Position numbers and translations under genes: made by a program
Notes under the pieces: model-generated
Database searches by the model: none
What the model was told of the DNA's origin: nothing
Seen by the model: only the letters and a program-made list of their open reading frames with translations
Shown: positions 48,876 to 57,374 of the stretch, one piece after another
How positions within the stretch are numbered: the first letter of the stretch is position 1
Layout: every line of letters begins with the position of its first letter
Assembly: GCA_963790745.1 (NCBI GenBank)
Contig: CAWBPY010000001.1
Span: 91,925-155,924, forward strand
Source: an uncultured Acidobacteriota bacterium
GTDB taxonomy: Bacteria > Acidobacteriota > Blastocatellia > Pyrinomonadales > Pyrinomonadaceae
Direction of reading: 5' to 3'
DNA: 64,000 nt

Positions 48876-49112
48876 ACTACCGCTGCAACGCATCGCTTGC
48901 CACGGCCCACGCTTGATTCCCGTCAAAGTTTCCGAGCGTGGGCCTTCCCATGTTTAAGCCCTTCACGTCGGCAAGCCAGTGAACGTAAAAAGCTACTGCC
49001 CCTCCTCATCGTAGTGCCCTCCCAAAATCAAAAAGCGATGAGTTACTATTCTCATCGCTCCCCATTTTGAACTACCGATCAGTACTGCGATATGTCAGTT
49101 AGCGAAAATGTT

Positions 49113-49233
49113 TGTCCCATGACAACGGTATAACCCCTTGTGACCTATGACGAGCTGCGTAGATTACTGACCTATGACACTTTCTCCGAGTTTTTGTCAT
49201 AGGTCACTGTCAGCAATGCTTTGACCTATGACA
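49113..49233. repeat. array of five 12-mers (TGACCTATGACA) phased every 27 bp
   Basis: 49113 (TGTCCCATGACA, degenerate), 49141, 49168, 49195 (inverted, TGTCATAGGTCA) and 49222. The last copy overlaps the stop codon of the split gene. Confidence 0.8.
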
Positions 49234-49657
49234 GGTTTTTGCGATTCTTGCCGCCCCTTTCCTCGACGGTCGTATTCTTTTTGGACTGAGCGGCCAACCT
49301 GCGAGCCTTCCATCCTTCGGAAAACTGGTACCAAGTGATCGGCTCATTGGTTAGCCAGAACCTCTTAGATTGACCACGACGCAATTTCTCATCCTCGCTT
49401 GCCGTAAGTTCCCAGTTTCGGGCTAGCTCTAAGTCACGCTTCAAGCTCCTGTCACTAATCGTTGCGCTCTTGCCCGTTACCCCTTGCTTCTCCAACTGTT
49501 CTAGGTAGATGCGAATAGCTAAACTCTGCAAAGTCGTGTTCGGTTTCCAGTGTCGCTTGGCTAGATCCAAAAGATGAGTATCCGGTGGAACATCGCGCAA
49601 TCTGATAGGGTGACGTTCCAAGTGTGGTCTATTGTTCTTTAGTGGTTGAACCAAGTG
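49226..49657 (-). pseudogene. 3' half of a 283-codon gene split by IS21
   Basis: Reading continues in frame from 52449 across one copy of the CCAAGTG duplication: ...FHLSHL|VQPLKNNRPHLERHPIRL... Confidence 0.75.
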
Positions 49658-49768
49658 CCTCGGTGAACACCCAAAAGCGGCCATTCATGAACACCGCAAA
49701 ACCGGCCATAGAGAAGTAGTCGCGCAGGGACGTTGACGTCGCCCGCGAGGCAAGTAGCCTCCGGCGCC

Positions 49769-51412
49769 ATGAGCAACGTATTGAGCGACGATAAACGACA
49801 ACAAATAATCGCCTTAGGTCGGCTCGGCTGGTCCTTACGACGCATTGAGCAAGCCACCGGTGTGCGCCGGGAGACGGCCAGCGCCTATCTAAAGGCCGCC
49901 GGCATCAGTGTGCGACGTCCCGGTAAGCGGGGACGCGGGGCAAAACCGGCCATAGAGGTGTTCACCGACTCTGAGCTGGGAAAAGCGGTCAATCCTCCAG
50001 ATAATCAGTCTGAAGTTTCAAAACCGGCCATAGAGGTGTTCACCGACTCTGGTGGCGCTAAAGCGGCCACTACGCCCACCGCCAACACCAACAAAGCGCT
50101 GACCCTGAGCAGTTGCGAGCCCTATCGCGAGTTCATTCAGCAGTCATTAGCACGTGGCCGCAATGCCATGGCCATTTGGCAAGACCTGGTGACTGATTAT
50201 GGCTTTGCGCACAGCTATCAAAGCGTTAGACGATTCGTTAACAAACTCTACCCGCCCGAGTTGCAGCCCTCAGCGCGGGCCGTGATCGTTACCGCACCCG
50301 GTGAGGAAGCCCAGGTGGATTACGGTACTGGCCCCTGGGTGCGCGATCCAGAAAGCGGCAAGTATCGGCGTACCCGACTGTTTGTGATGACCCTGGGTTA
50401 CAGTCGCAAGTGCGTACGCCTGTTGGTGTTTCGTTCCAGCGCTCGGGTCTGGGCCGAACTCCATGAAAAAGCGTTTCGCCGCCTTGGTGGCAGTGTGCGC
50501 GTGGTGGTGCTCGACAATCTGAAAGAAGGCGTGCTGAAGCCGGATATTTACGATCCCACACTCAACCCACTCTATCGTGATGTGTTGGCCCATTATGGCG
50601 TAGTCGCCTTGCCGTGTCGCGTCAATGATCCGGATCGCAAAGGGAAAGTTGAAGCTGGAGTGGGCCACGCCAAGAAGACGCCACTCAAAGGGCAACGCTT
50701 CGAGAGTCTGGAAACGGCTCAGGCTTATCTCGATCACTGGGAAACACGTTGGGCTGACACGCGTATTCACGGTACTACCAAACGACAAGTGACGGTGATG
50801 TTTGCTGAAGAGCGACCGCACTTGTTGCCACTGCCACTCGAACCCTTCCGCTTTTATGAATATGGGCAACGCGTAGTGAACCTTGACGGCTGTGTGGAAG
50901 TAGCAGCTGCTTACTACAGTGCCCCGCCGGGCTGGATCGGCCGCCGCGTGCCGGTGCAATGGGACGGACTATATGTGCGCTTGCTGCATCCACAAACGGG
51001 CCAACTATTACGCGAACACCTGCGCCAGAAACGCGGTTGGCATCGCATTCAGGAAGAGGATCGCTCACCACGGACCCCACCTTCCACCTTGCAGTTACTC
51101 ACTCGCGCCAGCCACGCCGGCAGTAGCATCGGCAAGTTGTGTCAGGCGATTCATCAACGACAAGGCCAGGTTGGCGTGCGGCGCATCCTCGGGGTGCTGG
51201 CGTTAGCAAAGCGGTTTGGCCCAGCAGTGGTTGAAGAAGCTTGTGCGGCCGCACTCGAACTGGGCGTGCATGAGTATCACTTTGTGCGTCGTTATCTCGA
51301 GCGGCAGCCCGCGTTACCACTGACGCTACAGCAAGTCGATCCCCTGATTCGCGAACTGCAGCAGTATCGCGATGTCATTCAGCTAAGACTAAAGGAGTCG
51401 GAACCCACATGA
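49769..51412 (+). CDS. istA: IS21-family transposase IstA
   Basis: ORF 49733-51412; likely start MSNVLSDDKRQQIIALGRLGWSLRRIEQATGV (HTH), then a DDE core (VDYG..., VVLDNLK..., typical IstA length). Confidence 0.88.
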   Translation: MSNVLSDDKRQQIIALGRLGWSLRRIEQATGVRRETASAYLKAAGISVRRPGKRGRGAKPAIEVFTDSELGKAVNPPDNQSEVSKPAIEVFTDSGGAKAATTPTANTNKALTLSSCEPYREFIQQSLARGRNAMAIWQDLVTDYGFAHSYQSVRRFVNKLYPPELQPSARAVIVTAPGEEAQVDYGTGPWVRDPESGKYRRTRLFVMTLGYSRKCVRLLVFRSSARVWAELHEKAFRRLGGSVRVVVLDNLKEGVLKPDIYDPTLNPLYRDVLAHYGVVALPCRVNDPDRKGKVEAGVGHAKKTPLKGQRFESLETAQAYLDHWETRWADTRIHGTTKRQVTVMFAEERPHLLPLPLEPFRFYEYGQRVVNLDGCVEVAAAYYSAPPGWIGRRVPVQWDGLYVRLLHPQTGQLLREHLRQKRGWHRIQEEDRSPRTPPSTLQLLTRASHAGSSIGKLCQAIHQRQGQVGVRRILGVLALAKRFGPAVVEEACAAALELGVHEYHFVRRYLERQPALPLTLQQVDPLIRELQQYRDVIQLRLKESEPT

Positions 51413-52152
51413 ATCTGATCGAGTTGAACCAGGCTTTACGACAACTGCGGCTTGGTGGCATGGCCGCCGTGCTTGAAACTCGTTTGCATCAGGCCCAGGC
51501 TGAAGCCATGGCGCCTATTGATCTTCTCTCCTGTCTGGTGACGGATGAACTTACCCGGCGTGGTGATCGCTTACTGGAACGGCGGCGCAAACAGGCCGGC
51601 TTTCGTGAACCACTTAAGACACTCGACAACTTCGACTTCAACTTCAACAAAAAGATGAATCGCAGTCTGATCTTCGAACTCGCTACCGCCAACTTTATCG
51701 GACGCCGTGAAGATGCTCTGTTTCTAGGACCCGCTGGTTCAGGCAAGAGTCATATTGCGCAAGCCATCGGCCAGGCAGCCATTCAGCAAGGCTATCGCGT
51801 GCTCTATCGAGAGACGTATATGCTGTTGGATGAACTGGCTGAAGCAACCATTGACGGCACGCGCAAGGAGTTCATTGAATCAGTGGTCGCCTGGCCCCTT
51901 CTGATCATCGACGATCTCGGCATGCGTAAGTTGCCACTGACAGCGGCTGAGGATCTGTTGGAGATCATCATGCGTCGTTACGAGCGCGCCAGCACCCTGG
52001 TCACCTCCAATCGCCCAGTGGAGGATTGGGGCAAACTGTTGGGCGATGCGGCCGCAGTCGGTGCGATGCTCGATCGCCTGCTGCATCACGGGCATGTGCT
52101 CAAGTTTGGTCCACGCAGTTGGCGTACGAAGACAGAGCTCGCGCCGGCGTAG
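51409..52152 (+). CDS. istB: IS21-family helper ATPase IstB
   Basis: 247 aa; Walker A GPAGSGKSH, Walker B LLIIDDLG. Confidence 0.9.
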   Translation: MNLIELNQALRQLRLGGMAAVLETRLHQAQAEAMAPIDLLSCLVTDELTRRGDRLLERRRKQAGFREPLKTLDNFDFNFNKKMNRSLIFELATANFIGRREDALFLGPAGSGKSHIAQAIGQAAIQQGYRVLYRETYMLLDELAEATIDGTRKEFIESVVAWPLLIIDDLGMRKLPLTAAEDLLEIIMRRYERASTLVTSNRPVEDWGKLLGDAAAVGAMLDRLLHHGHVLKFGPRSWRTKTELAPA

Positions 52153-52441
52153 GTTGTGGAAACTGCCGCGCCGTGGAAACCGTGGAAAACGAACCGCATG
52201 TTTTCCACCGTTCCCACCGCGCTTGGAAAACTCGGCAAACTACGCCGAGTTTCCCACAGTTCCCACAACCTCTACGGCTGGATAGTTTGATTAGGCAGGA
52301 AAGACAAAAACAAAAACGCTGGCGGGCTGAAATCTTATGGACAAGCTGCTAACGAAAGCGTAAAAACCACTCGTCCCGGCCGACTCTCATGGCCGGTTTT
52401 GAAGTGTTCATGAATGGCCGGTTTTCAGGTGTTCACCGAGG

Positions 52442-52868
52442 CCAAGTGGGAAAGGTGAAACATAAGTCTTCTAAGCTCCCATGCTCGTGCTAACGGTGGA
52501 CTCGTCTCATAGCGATCTACGATATCCCTTACCTTGCTGGCTGGCAGATCGTATTTTGCTGGATGCACCAGTTTCTTAATGGCCTTGATTTGAATCTGGC
52601 TCTGTTCATCTCCGTGCCCTGCCAGCATGATCACCCATACTAAGCCAGAAACTATCTCGCTCGCTTCGTCATAGTAATCAGGCGCTATGTTTCCCTTCTC
52701 GATCATTGCATTAAGCATTATCAATTCGAAAACTCCAGGTGATCGGCTTACTATGCTGAGAAGTTTTTCGCCGTCAACGGTGCCGTCCGGATTCATGTAG
52801 AGATGATTTTCGTACAGGGACGGAGTGGCTGGTTTTTGCGAAACGAGACTGGTCTTTTTCTTGGGCAT
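52442..52868 (-). pseudogene. 5' half of the gene split by IS21
   Basis: ORF 52425-52868. The last 5 codons (ASVNT) and the stop come from the IS end. Confidence 0.75.
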
Positions 52869-52884
52869 CAGTCATTTTGATTTT

Positions 52885-53013
52885 TTAGGCAGGAATGAGG
52901 GTTTCCCATTTATTCACCATTTATTAGGCAAAGCCCGGTCCAACGGCTTTGCCTAATTAATGGGTATTAAAATGGAAACTATCGTTTCTGCCTAAAAAAT
53001 CATTCTGACTGAT
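52885..53013. repeat. island hairpin-iteron module, copy 3
   Basis: TTAGGCAGG at 52885, TTAGGCAAA at 52924, hairpin 52926-52954 (loop CGGTCCAAC), TTTGCCTAA at 52948, TCTGCCTAA at 52988. Confidence 0.85.
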
Positions 53014-53790
53014 TTAGATTTCCCTGAACAAGGCTATCGGCGTGACGGTAATCGCACCATCCGGAAACATCACCTGCTGTAATGCTGCCGCCGCGACCTG
53101 TCCAGCTCCGATCATTTTTTCCGCAGGCAGTTGAACTGAATACGACGGTTCCTCTTTGATCGCTATGAGGAACACTCCAGCCAGCCCCGCTGACCCGTGC
53201 TTGAAGTAGTAAGTTGAGATTGGTTCTTCCATCCCGCTCTCTTTCACGGTTCCCACGATGTCTAGCCCGTCAGGGGTACGCAAAAGAAAGCCCGAAGGTA
53301 AGGCTATCGTATTCAGAATAGGGATAAGCTGTTGCTGCCCCCGTGCTGTCGCTTTCTCTATGGTACCTTTAGCCGTTCTCATCGCTTCTTTTGCCTGGGC
53401 GTCGAACACGGCTATTGCGATTTCCAGCATGGTTTTGTCAATTAAGACGAGCGTCCCTGAGGTAAGTATCAGCGAACCGTGCGGAGCGGCCTCGACATCC
53501 TGGTTAAACCGATCACCAGAACGCAGTTGGCTCAAAACGTCTGTTGTTATCAGGTCGTGAGGATCGATAGCGCGGGTTTGGCTCTGTGTATTTTCTTTGC
53601 CCGACTTTAGATCGCCACCAACGAGACCAAAGTCCAGTTTACCGCTCTTATCCTTAGTGTCTCGTTCTGTTTCAGTGTTTTGAACAGAGGTAAGTTTGCC
53701 GCCAAAAATTTGCGCGTAGTATGAGGTTATGCGGGATGAGTCACGATAGAGGAAATCATACAATACGTCCGTTTGTGCGTCTTGCTCCAT
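53014..53790 (-). CDS. hypothetical protein (258 aa from the ATG at 53790)
   Basis: ORF 53014-53838. The ATG at 53790 is preceded by CAGGAGA. MEQDAQTDVLYDFLYRDSSRITSYYAQIFGG... No recognisable domain. Confidence 0.5.
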   Translation of the reverse strand: MEQDAQTDVLYDFLYRDSSRITSYYAQIFGGKLTSVQNTETERDTKDKSGKLDFGLVGGDLKSGKENTQSQTRAIDPHDLITTDVLSQLRSGDRFNQDVEAAPHGSLILTSGTLVLIDKTMLEIAIAVFDAQAKEAMRTAKGTIEKATARGQQQLIPILNTIALPSGFLLRTPDGLDIVGTVKESGMEEPISTYYFKHGSAGLAGVFLIAIKEEPSYSVQLPAEKMIGAGQVAAAALQQVMFPDGAITVTPIALFREI

Positions 53791-53971
53791 TAGCCATTCT
53801 CCTGCGCATTTCTCCCCTGTTTTTGTCGAATTCGGCAAAGTCCTCGCCTATCTGCTTAATGTGCTTGGTAAGAGTGCCAAACACATCTCGGATCGCGGTC
53901 TGAGCCTCTTCCTGCGCCTCTTTGGAGATGCTGAACGGGTTATTCTGATTTTCCTGGGCCTTCTTATCCAT
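53756..53971 (-). CDS. hypothetical small helical protein (71 aa)
   Basis: ORF overlapping the start of the downstream gene by 35 nt. Charged helical sequence. Confidence 0.35.
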   Translation of the reverse strand: MDKKAQENQNNPFSISKEAQEEAQTAIRDVFGTLTKHIKQIGEDFAEFDKNRGEMRRRMANGARRTNGRIV

Positions 53972-54041
53972 CGTCCCTCAAGGCGAATTATACGGCAAAT
54001 AGGGCGGTAAGTTTATTACAATTAGCCGAAAGAGCAAAGTA

Positions 54042-55432
54042 AAAGGGCGCTGCCGCTAAGACACCGCCGCCTCAAAATTAGTCTCAATTCCTAACTCATG
54101 AACTGATTGGATCACGCAGCAGAGGTTGTGGCACAGCACCTTACACAACGCTTCATTGATCTGTGCCGTGAGTGTGCGACTTCGCAAGCGTTGTCCAAAC
54201 TTCGCTTTGATCATGTGGAACGTTGTCTCAACGTTGGACCGTTTGTGATAGTGCTGGAGAAACTCTGCACGGTTGAGCGCGTAGAAGTGATACATCCGAC
54301 TCCACAGTTCAGACTTTGGACCATACGATCCGCGTGAGTCTGGAACCGAGTTTGATTTGAATGGAATGTAAGGGATCGCGCCGCGCTGCAAGGTCGCCAG
54401 CATGTTTGACGCTCCGAGATAGCCCTTGTCTGCGCTTACCTCTTTCATCTTGAATCCACTGTCAGCCGTGCGATCCACAAGTCCTTTGTAGAATGGATAA
54501 TCATGTGCATAACCGTCACTGACCTCTACGCTCGTGACAATGTTCGTTTTTACGCCCACCATTAAGTGTAGTTTGAGCCACTGGCGACGATCTTCTTTCG
54601 TGCCGTATTTGACATCCAGCCAGCGCATAAACTGTCCGGTGCTGAATCCTGAACTATCTACCGCAAAGTCTGATTCAATTGATTTGAGTGGCGCGGCGCT
54701 CAGTGTGATCAATTCGTTCAAGTATGGCGTCAACGCTTCCGATTCAAGGTAGTTAAAGACGCTGTTGTAGTGTGGCAAGTGCGATAGATAGCCACGTTGT
54801 TTTGCTTCGCGGAGATCCGTTGCAAAGCGGCGACCGGAAACGGTTGAATAAATCTTGTAGGTTGACGAAAAGATCATGTCGCTCAGAGGTAGTTGTGGTC
54901 TGCCTCTGCCTTTGCGCTTCTCAGGCTCAGGAATGTTTTTGCATAGTTCATAGAGCAAGGCTTGCAGTTCTGATTTCTCGTGAGTCTGAGCGGCATTGTA
55001 CGCGGGCCAGTTCTGGCTATAGGTCTTGCGTGTGACCTTGATCGTCTCGGTGACAACCGTAGCACCGTCTGAGGAAGTCTCACGTCTCAAAACGTATTCA
55101 ACCGCGAGCACATGCTTGCAGCGAGCGTTTCTAAACTCGAAGTCGGGGCATGTGCATTTCGGTGCTTGTGGATCGGGATTCACTTTGTATTCACCGTGGC
55201 CCGCTTGTGATGGAACGATCCAAGTGTTGCCCTTGCGTGTGAGCTTGGTTGTCGCGGCGATCTGGAGTGCTTTAACTTCGCGTTCTGAGAGTTGACGGTC
55301 AGTGGTTGTCATTGTGTCCTCTTGCCTTTTGGTTAGGCGATGGCTCACAATGCGCTTGTCTGGAGACGATGCGAGCAATCGCGGAGTTTTCAACTGGCCC
55401 TGTCGGTTGTTACAAGCAACTGGCAGGGCTTT
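54042..55432 (-). mobile_element. SWIM-DDE IS copy A (apparently intact)
   Basis: Ends AAAGGGCGCTGCC (54042-54054) and GGCAGGGCTTT (55422-55432) form an imperfect inverted repeat. Terminal hairpin GCCCTGTCGG...CAGGGC. Abuts the stop codon of 55433-56548. Confidence 0.7.
54056..55312 (-). CDS. DDE transposase (IS5/IS1182-like core) with an N-terminal SWIM zinc finger
   Basis: 418 aa from MTTTDRQL. SWIM CTCPDFEFRNARCKH; DDE candidates FAVDSSGF, EVSADKGYLG, YHKRSNVETTFHMIKAKFG. Confidence 0.8.
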   Translation of the reverse strand: MTTTDRQLSEREVKALQIAATTKLTRKGNTWIVPSQAGHGEYKVNPDPQAPKCTCPDFEFRNARCKHVLAVEYVLRRETSSDGATVVTETIKVTRKTYSQNWPAYNAAQTHEKSELQALLYELCKNIPEPEKRKGRGRPQLPLSDMIFSSTYKIYSTVSGRRFATDLREAKQRGYLSHLPHYNSVFNYLESEALTPYLNELITLSAAPLKSIESDFAVDSSGFSTGQFMRWLDVKYGTKEDRRQWLKLHLMVGVKTNIVTSVEVSDGYAHDYPFYKGLVDRTADSGFKMKEVSADKGYLGASNMLATLQRGAIPYIPFKSNSVPDSRGSYGPKSELWSRMYHFYALNRAEFLQHYHKRSNVETTFHMIKAKFGQRLRSRTLTAQINEALCKVLCHNLCCVIQSVHELGIETNFEAAVS

Positions 55433-56548
55433 CTATTTAACTGCTCTTAAATGCGACTTGTCTTTAGGGGTAGCTTGAGTTGGAACCCGTTCATTTTGGG
55501 TGCTTGGTACGGATGCCATGACTAAGCCGACAAGTAGCGAATCGACCTCTGCTGATGTCAGCGCGAGATCGCGGGCTATTGCGCTTCGCGTGAGTCCTTC
55601 GGATCGCAAGGCGTCAAACACCTTGGCGAATACTTGTGAATTGTCGCGTGGTATTTCATCCTCACGCTTTCTATACCCCGCCTGACTCAGTTGAACGCAA
55701 TACGAGCGGTATTGCCATTCCGTAAGTATTTGTAATTGCTTAAACCGATGGACTAGCGCAATAGCGGCAACACCCCATCGCTTTTTCAGGCGATGAATCG
55801 TGGCAACGGACATCGCGCTTCGCCGGGGAGCATGGGCCAGAACATCACCTTCTGGCATTAGGAAAGCTGACGCAAACGCATCCGCCTCTAGTTCCGCCTC
55901 ACGACTGCGCGGCGTACCGTGACTGTGCAGACTGAGATGGCCCAGCTCGTGCGCCGAATCAAAACGTCCACGTTCAGCCGATTTCTTAGGATTCAGAAAT
56001 ACATAAGGAACGGCGCGATGCCAAACAGAAAACGCGTCCACTGAGGCACTATCGACTGGCAACGAAAATACGCGAACCCCGTGCGCTTCTAATAGGTGGA
56101 CCACGTTCTTAATCGGACGTTCGCCAAGTCTCCATTCAGCACGCAGGGCACGGGCTGCGGCCTCAGGATAATCAAAGCCTCTAAGCGAAGGAACGGAGGG
56201 TTGCGGAAGTTCAAACCGTTCTTCAATCCACTTGCACAGCAAATTAACTGCGAACGATCCGGCGGCCAGCGCGGAATCGCGTTGAGACGCCGTCATAGTG
56301 CTAAGAGAACGGAAACTAGCCGCGTCAATCGCTATCTCTTCAATGTCAGGGCCAAAAAAGAATTCAACAGGTAGTTCTAAAGCGGATGCTAACACCTGTC
56401 CGTGTTCCTCCGATGGAACAACCTCTCCCGATTCATAGTAGCCAAGACTGCGGACGCTTATCTTCGATGCCGCCGCAAGCGCAGTTTTGGAGAGGCCCCG
56501 ACGCTTACGCGCCATCACAAGCCGCGATGGATTGAATTCTGTGAACAC
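55433..56548 (-). CDS. XRE HTH fused to an ImmA/IrrE metallopeptidase domain
   Basis: 371 aa; HTH RKRRGLSKTALAAASKISVRSLGYYESG; HExxH in SAHELGHLSLH; EADAFASAFLMPEGDV. Confidence 0.75.
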   Translation of the reverse strand: MFTEFNPSRLVMARKRRGLSKTALAAASKISVRSLGYYESGEVVPSEEHGQVLASALELPVEFFFGPDIEEIAIDAASFRSLSTMTASQRDSALAAGSFAVNLLCKWIEERFELPQPSVPSLRGFDYPEAAARALRAEWRLGERPIKNVVHLLEAHGVRVFSLPVDSASVDAFSVWHRAVPYVFLNPKKSAERGRFDSAHELGHLSLHSHGTPRSREAELEADAFASAFLMPEGDVLAHAPRRSAMSVATIHRLKKRWGVAAIALVHRFKQLQILTEWQYRSYCVQLSQAGYRKREDEIPRDNSQVFAKVFDALRSEGLTRSAIARDLALTSAEVDSLLVGLVMASVPSTQNERVPTQATPKDKSHLRAVK

Positions 56549-56576
56549 GTGTTCTGCCCCGAAATAAAATTAGTTG

Positions 56577-57230
56577 CTAACGCCGCTTAACAACCACTTC
56601 AATAGGTTCACCCTCTGCATCATCGTCAAGGATGGCTATTGGCTCAACGTCAATGGGATCAAGAATTATCCGCACCAGCCATGACTCGACAAATCCAGCT
56701 TTGTTAATTTTGTTTGGCAAGGACAGTTCAGCAAAGACTTGATCACCACTGCGACGCTTAAGAAGAATCCATGTGATCCGTTTGTCGGCGGCTTCTTGTT
56801 TTGCTGCTGCTTCATTAGCGGCCTTCTGTGCCTCTGGAAACAACAGCATTTGTTGATTCGCCTTAACCGCGCCCTGAATCATTGGACCTTTGGGATACTT
56901 GGTTGTTGGATTGCGATCCGCTAGTCCGGTTCCTAAATCACCTGTCAGAACTGCTATTTGGAACGACTCGTCGGGGCTTATTACCGTTGAGAAGTTACCT
57001 TCGTCCGTTTTGGTCCATTCATACGGTTTGGGGATCAAGATATCTCTAAGCGAGCGCACCGTACTGCCCCACGAATAAATCCCCGGCACGCAGGGAGGAT
57101 CGTTAGCGGTACAACTAGCACGAGCGATTTCGCCCTGCTCAATGGCCTCGCGCAGAATGTCGTGAGTCAGCCCCAGATCCGCGAGCGCGTTTGTCACCGG
57201 AATGACCCCCTTCTTGACGTTTGGTTGCAT
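56577..57230 (-). CDS. hypothetical protein (217 aa) upstream of HTH-ImmA
   Basis: ATG after AGGAGA; 28-nt gap to the next gene. No recognisable domain. Confidence 0.5.
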   Translation of the reverse strand: MQPNVKKGVIPVTNALADLGLTHDILREAIEQGEIARASCTANDPPCVPGIYSWGSTVRSLRDILIPKPYEWTKTDEGNFSTVISPDESFQIAVLTGDLGTGLADRNPTTKYPKGPMIQGAVKANQQMLLFPEAQKAANEAAAKQEAADKRITWILLKRRSGDQVFAELSLPNKINKAGFVESWLVRIILDPIDVEPIAILDDDAEGEPIEVVVKRR

Positions 57231-57374
57231 CTCATCTCCTAACGCACTAAAAGAATAGCCCCCTTGCTCTCGCCATTGCCGGAAAATTGTACATCAATGA
57301 TGTGGCAAAAACAAGCAACGGTGGAGATAAATCTAATTATTTCTCTACAAGCAAGGTTGACCTATAATACGCGG

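Larger units (their letters stand above)
49658..52441 (+). mobile_element. IS21-family insertion sequence
   Basis: Terminal inverted repeats CCTCGGTGAACACC (49658-49671) / GGTGTTCACCGAGG (52428-52441), with repeated TGAACAC...AACCGGCCAT subrepeats. 7-bp direct repeat CCAAGTG at 49651-49657 and 52442-52448. istA-istB overlap (ATGA). Confidence 0.9.

Noticed and set aside
50270-50959. Long antisense ORFs inside clear genes (for example 50270-50959 in istA, 530-985 in the arginase gene, 18938-19414 in the DUF1343 gene, 26065-26589 in metK)
   Set aside because: These are shadow ORFs opposite well-supported coding regions. They have no RBS and no recognisable motifs.
52026-52352. ORFs in the IS21 tail (52026-52352, 52046-52285, 52086-52268)
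   Set aside because: They overlap the istB 3' end and the long hairpin region after it, in several mutually exclusive frames. This is more likely structured noncoding IS sequence.
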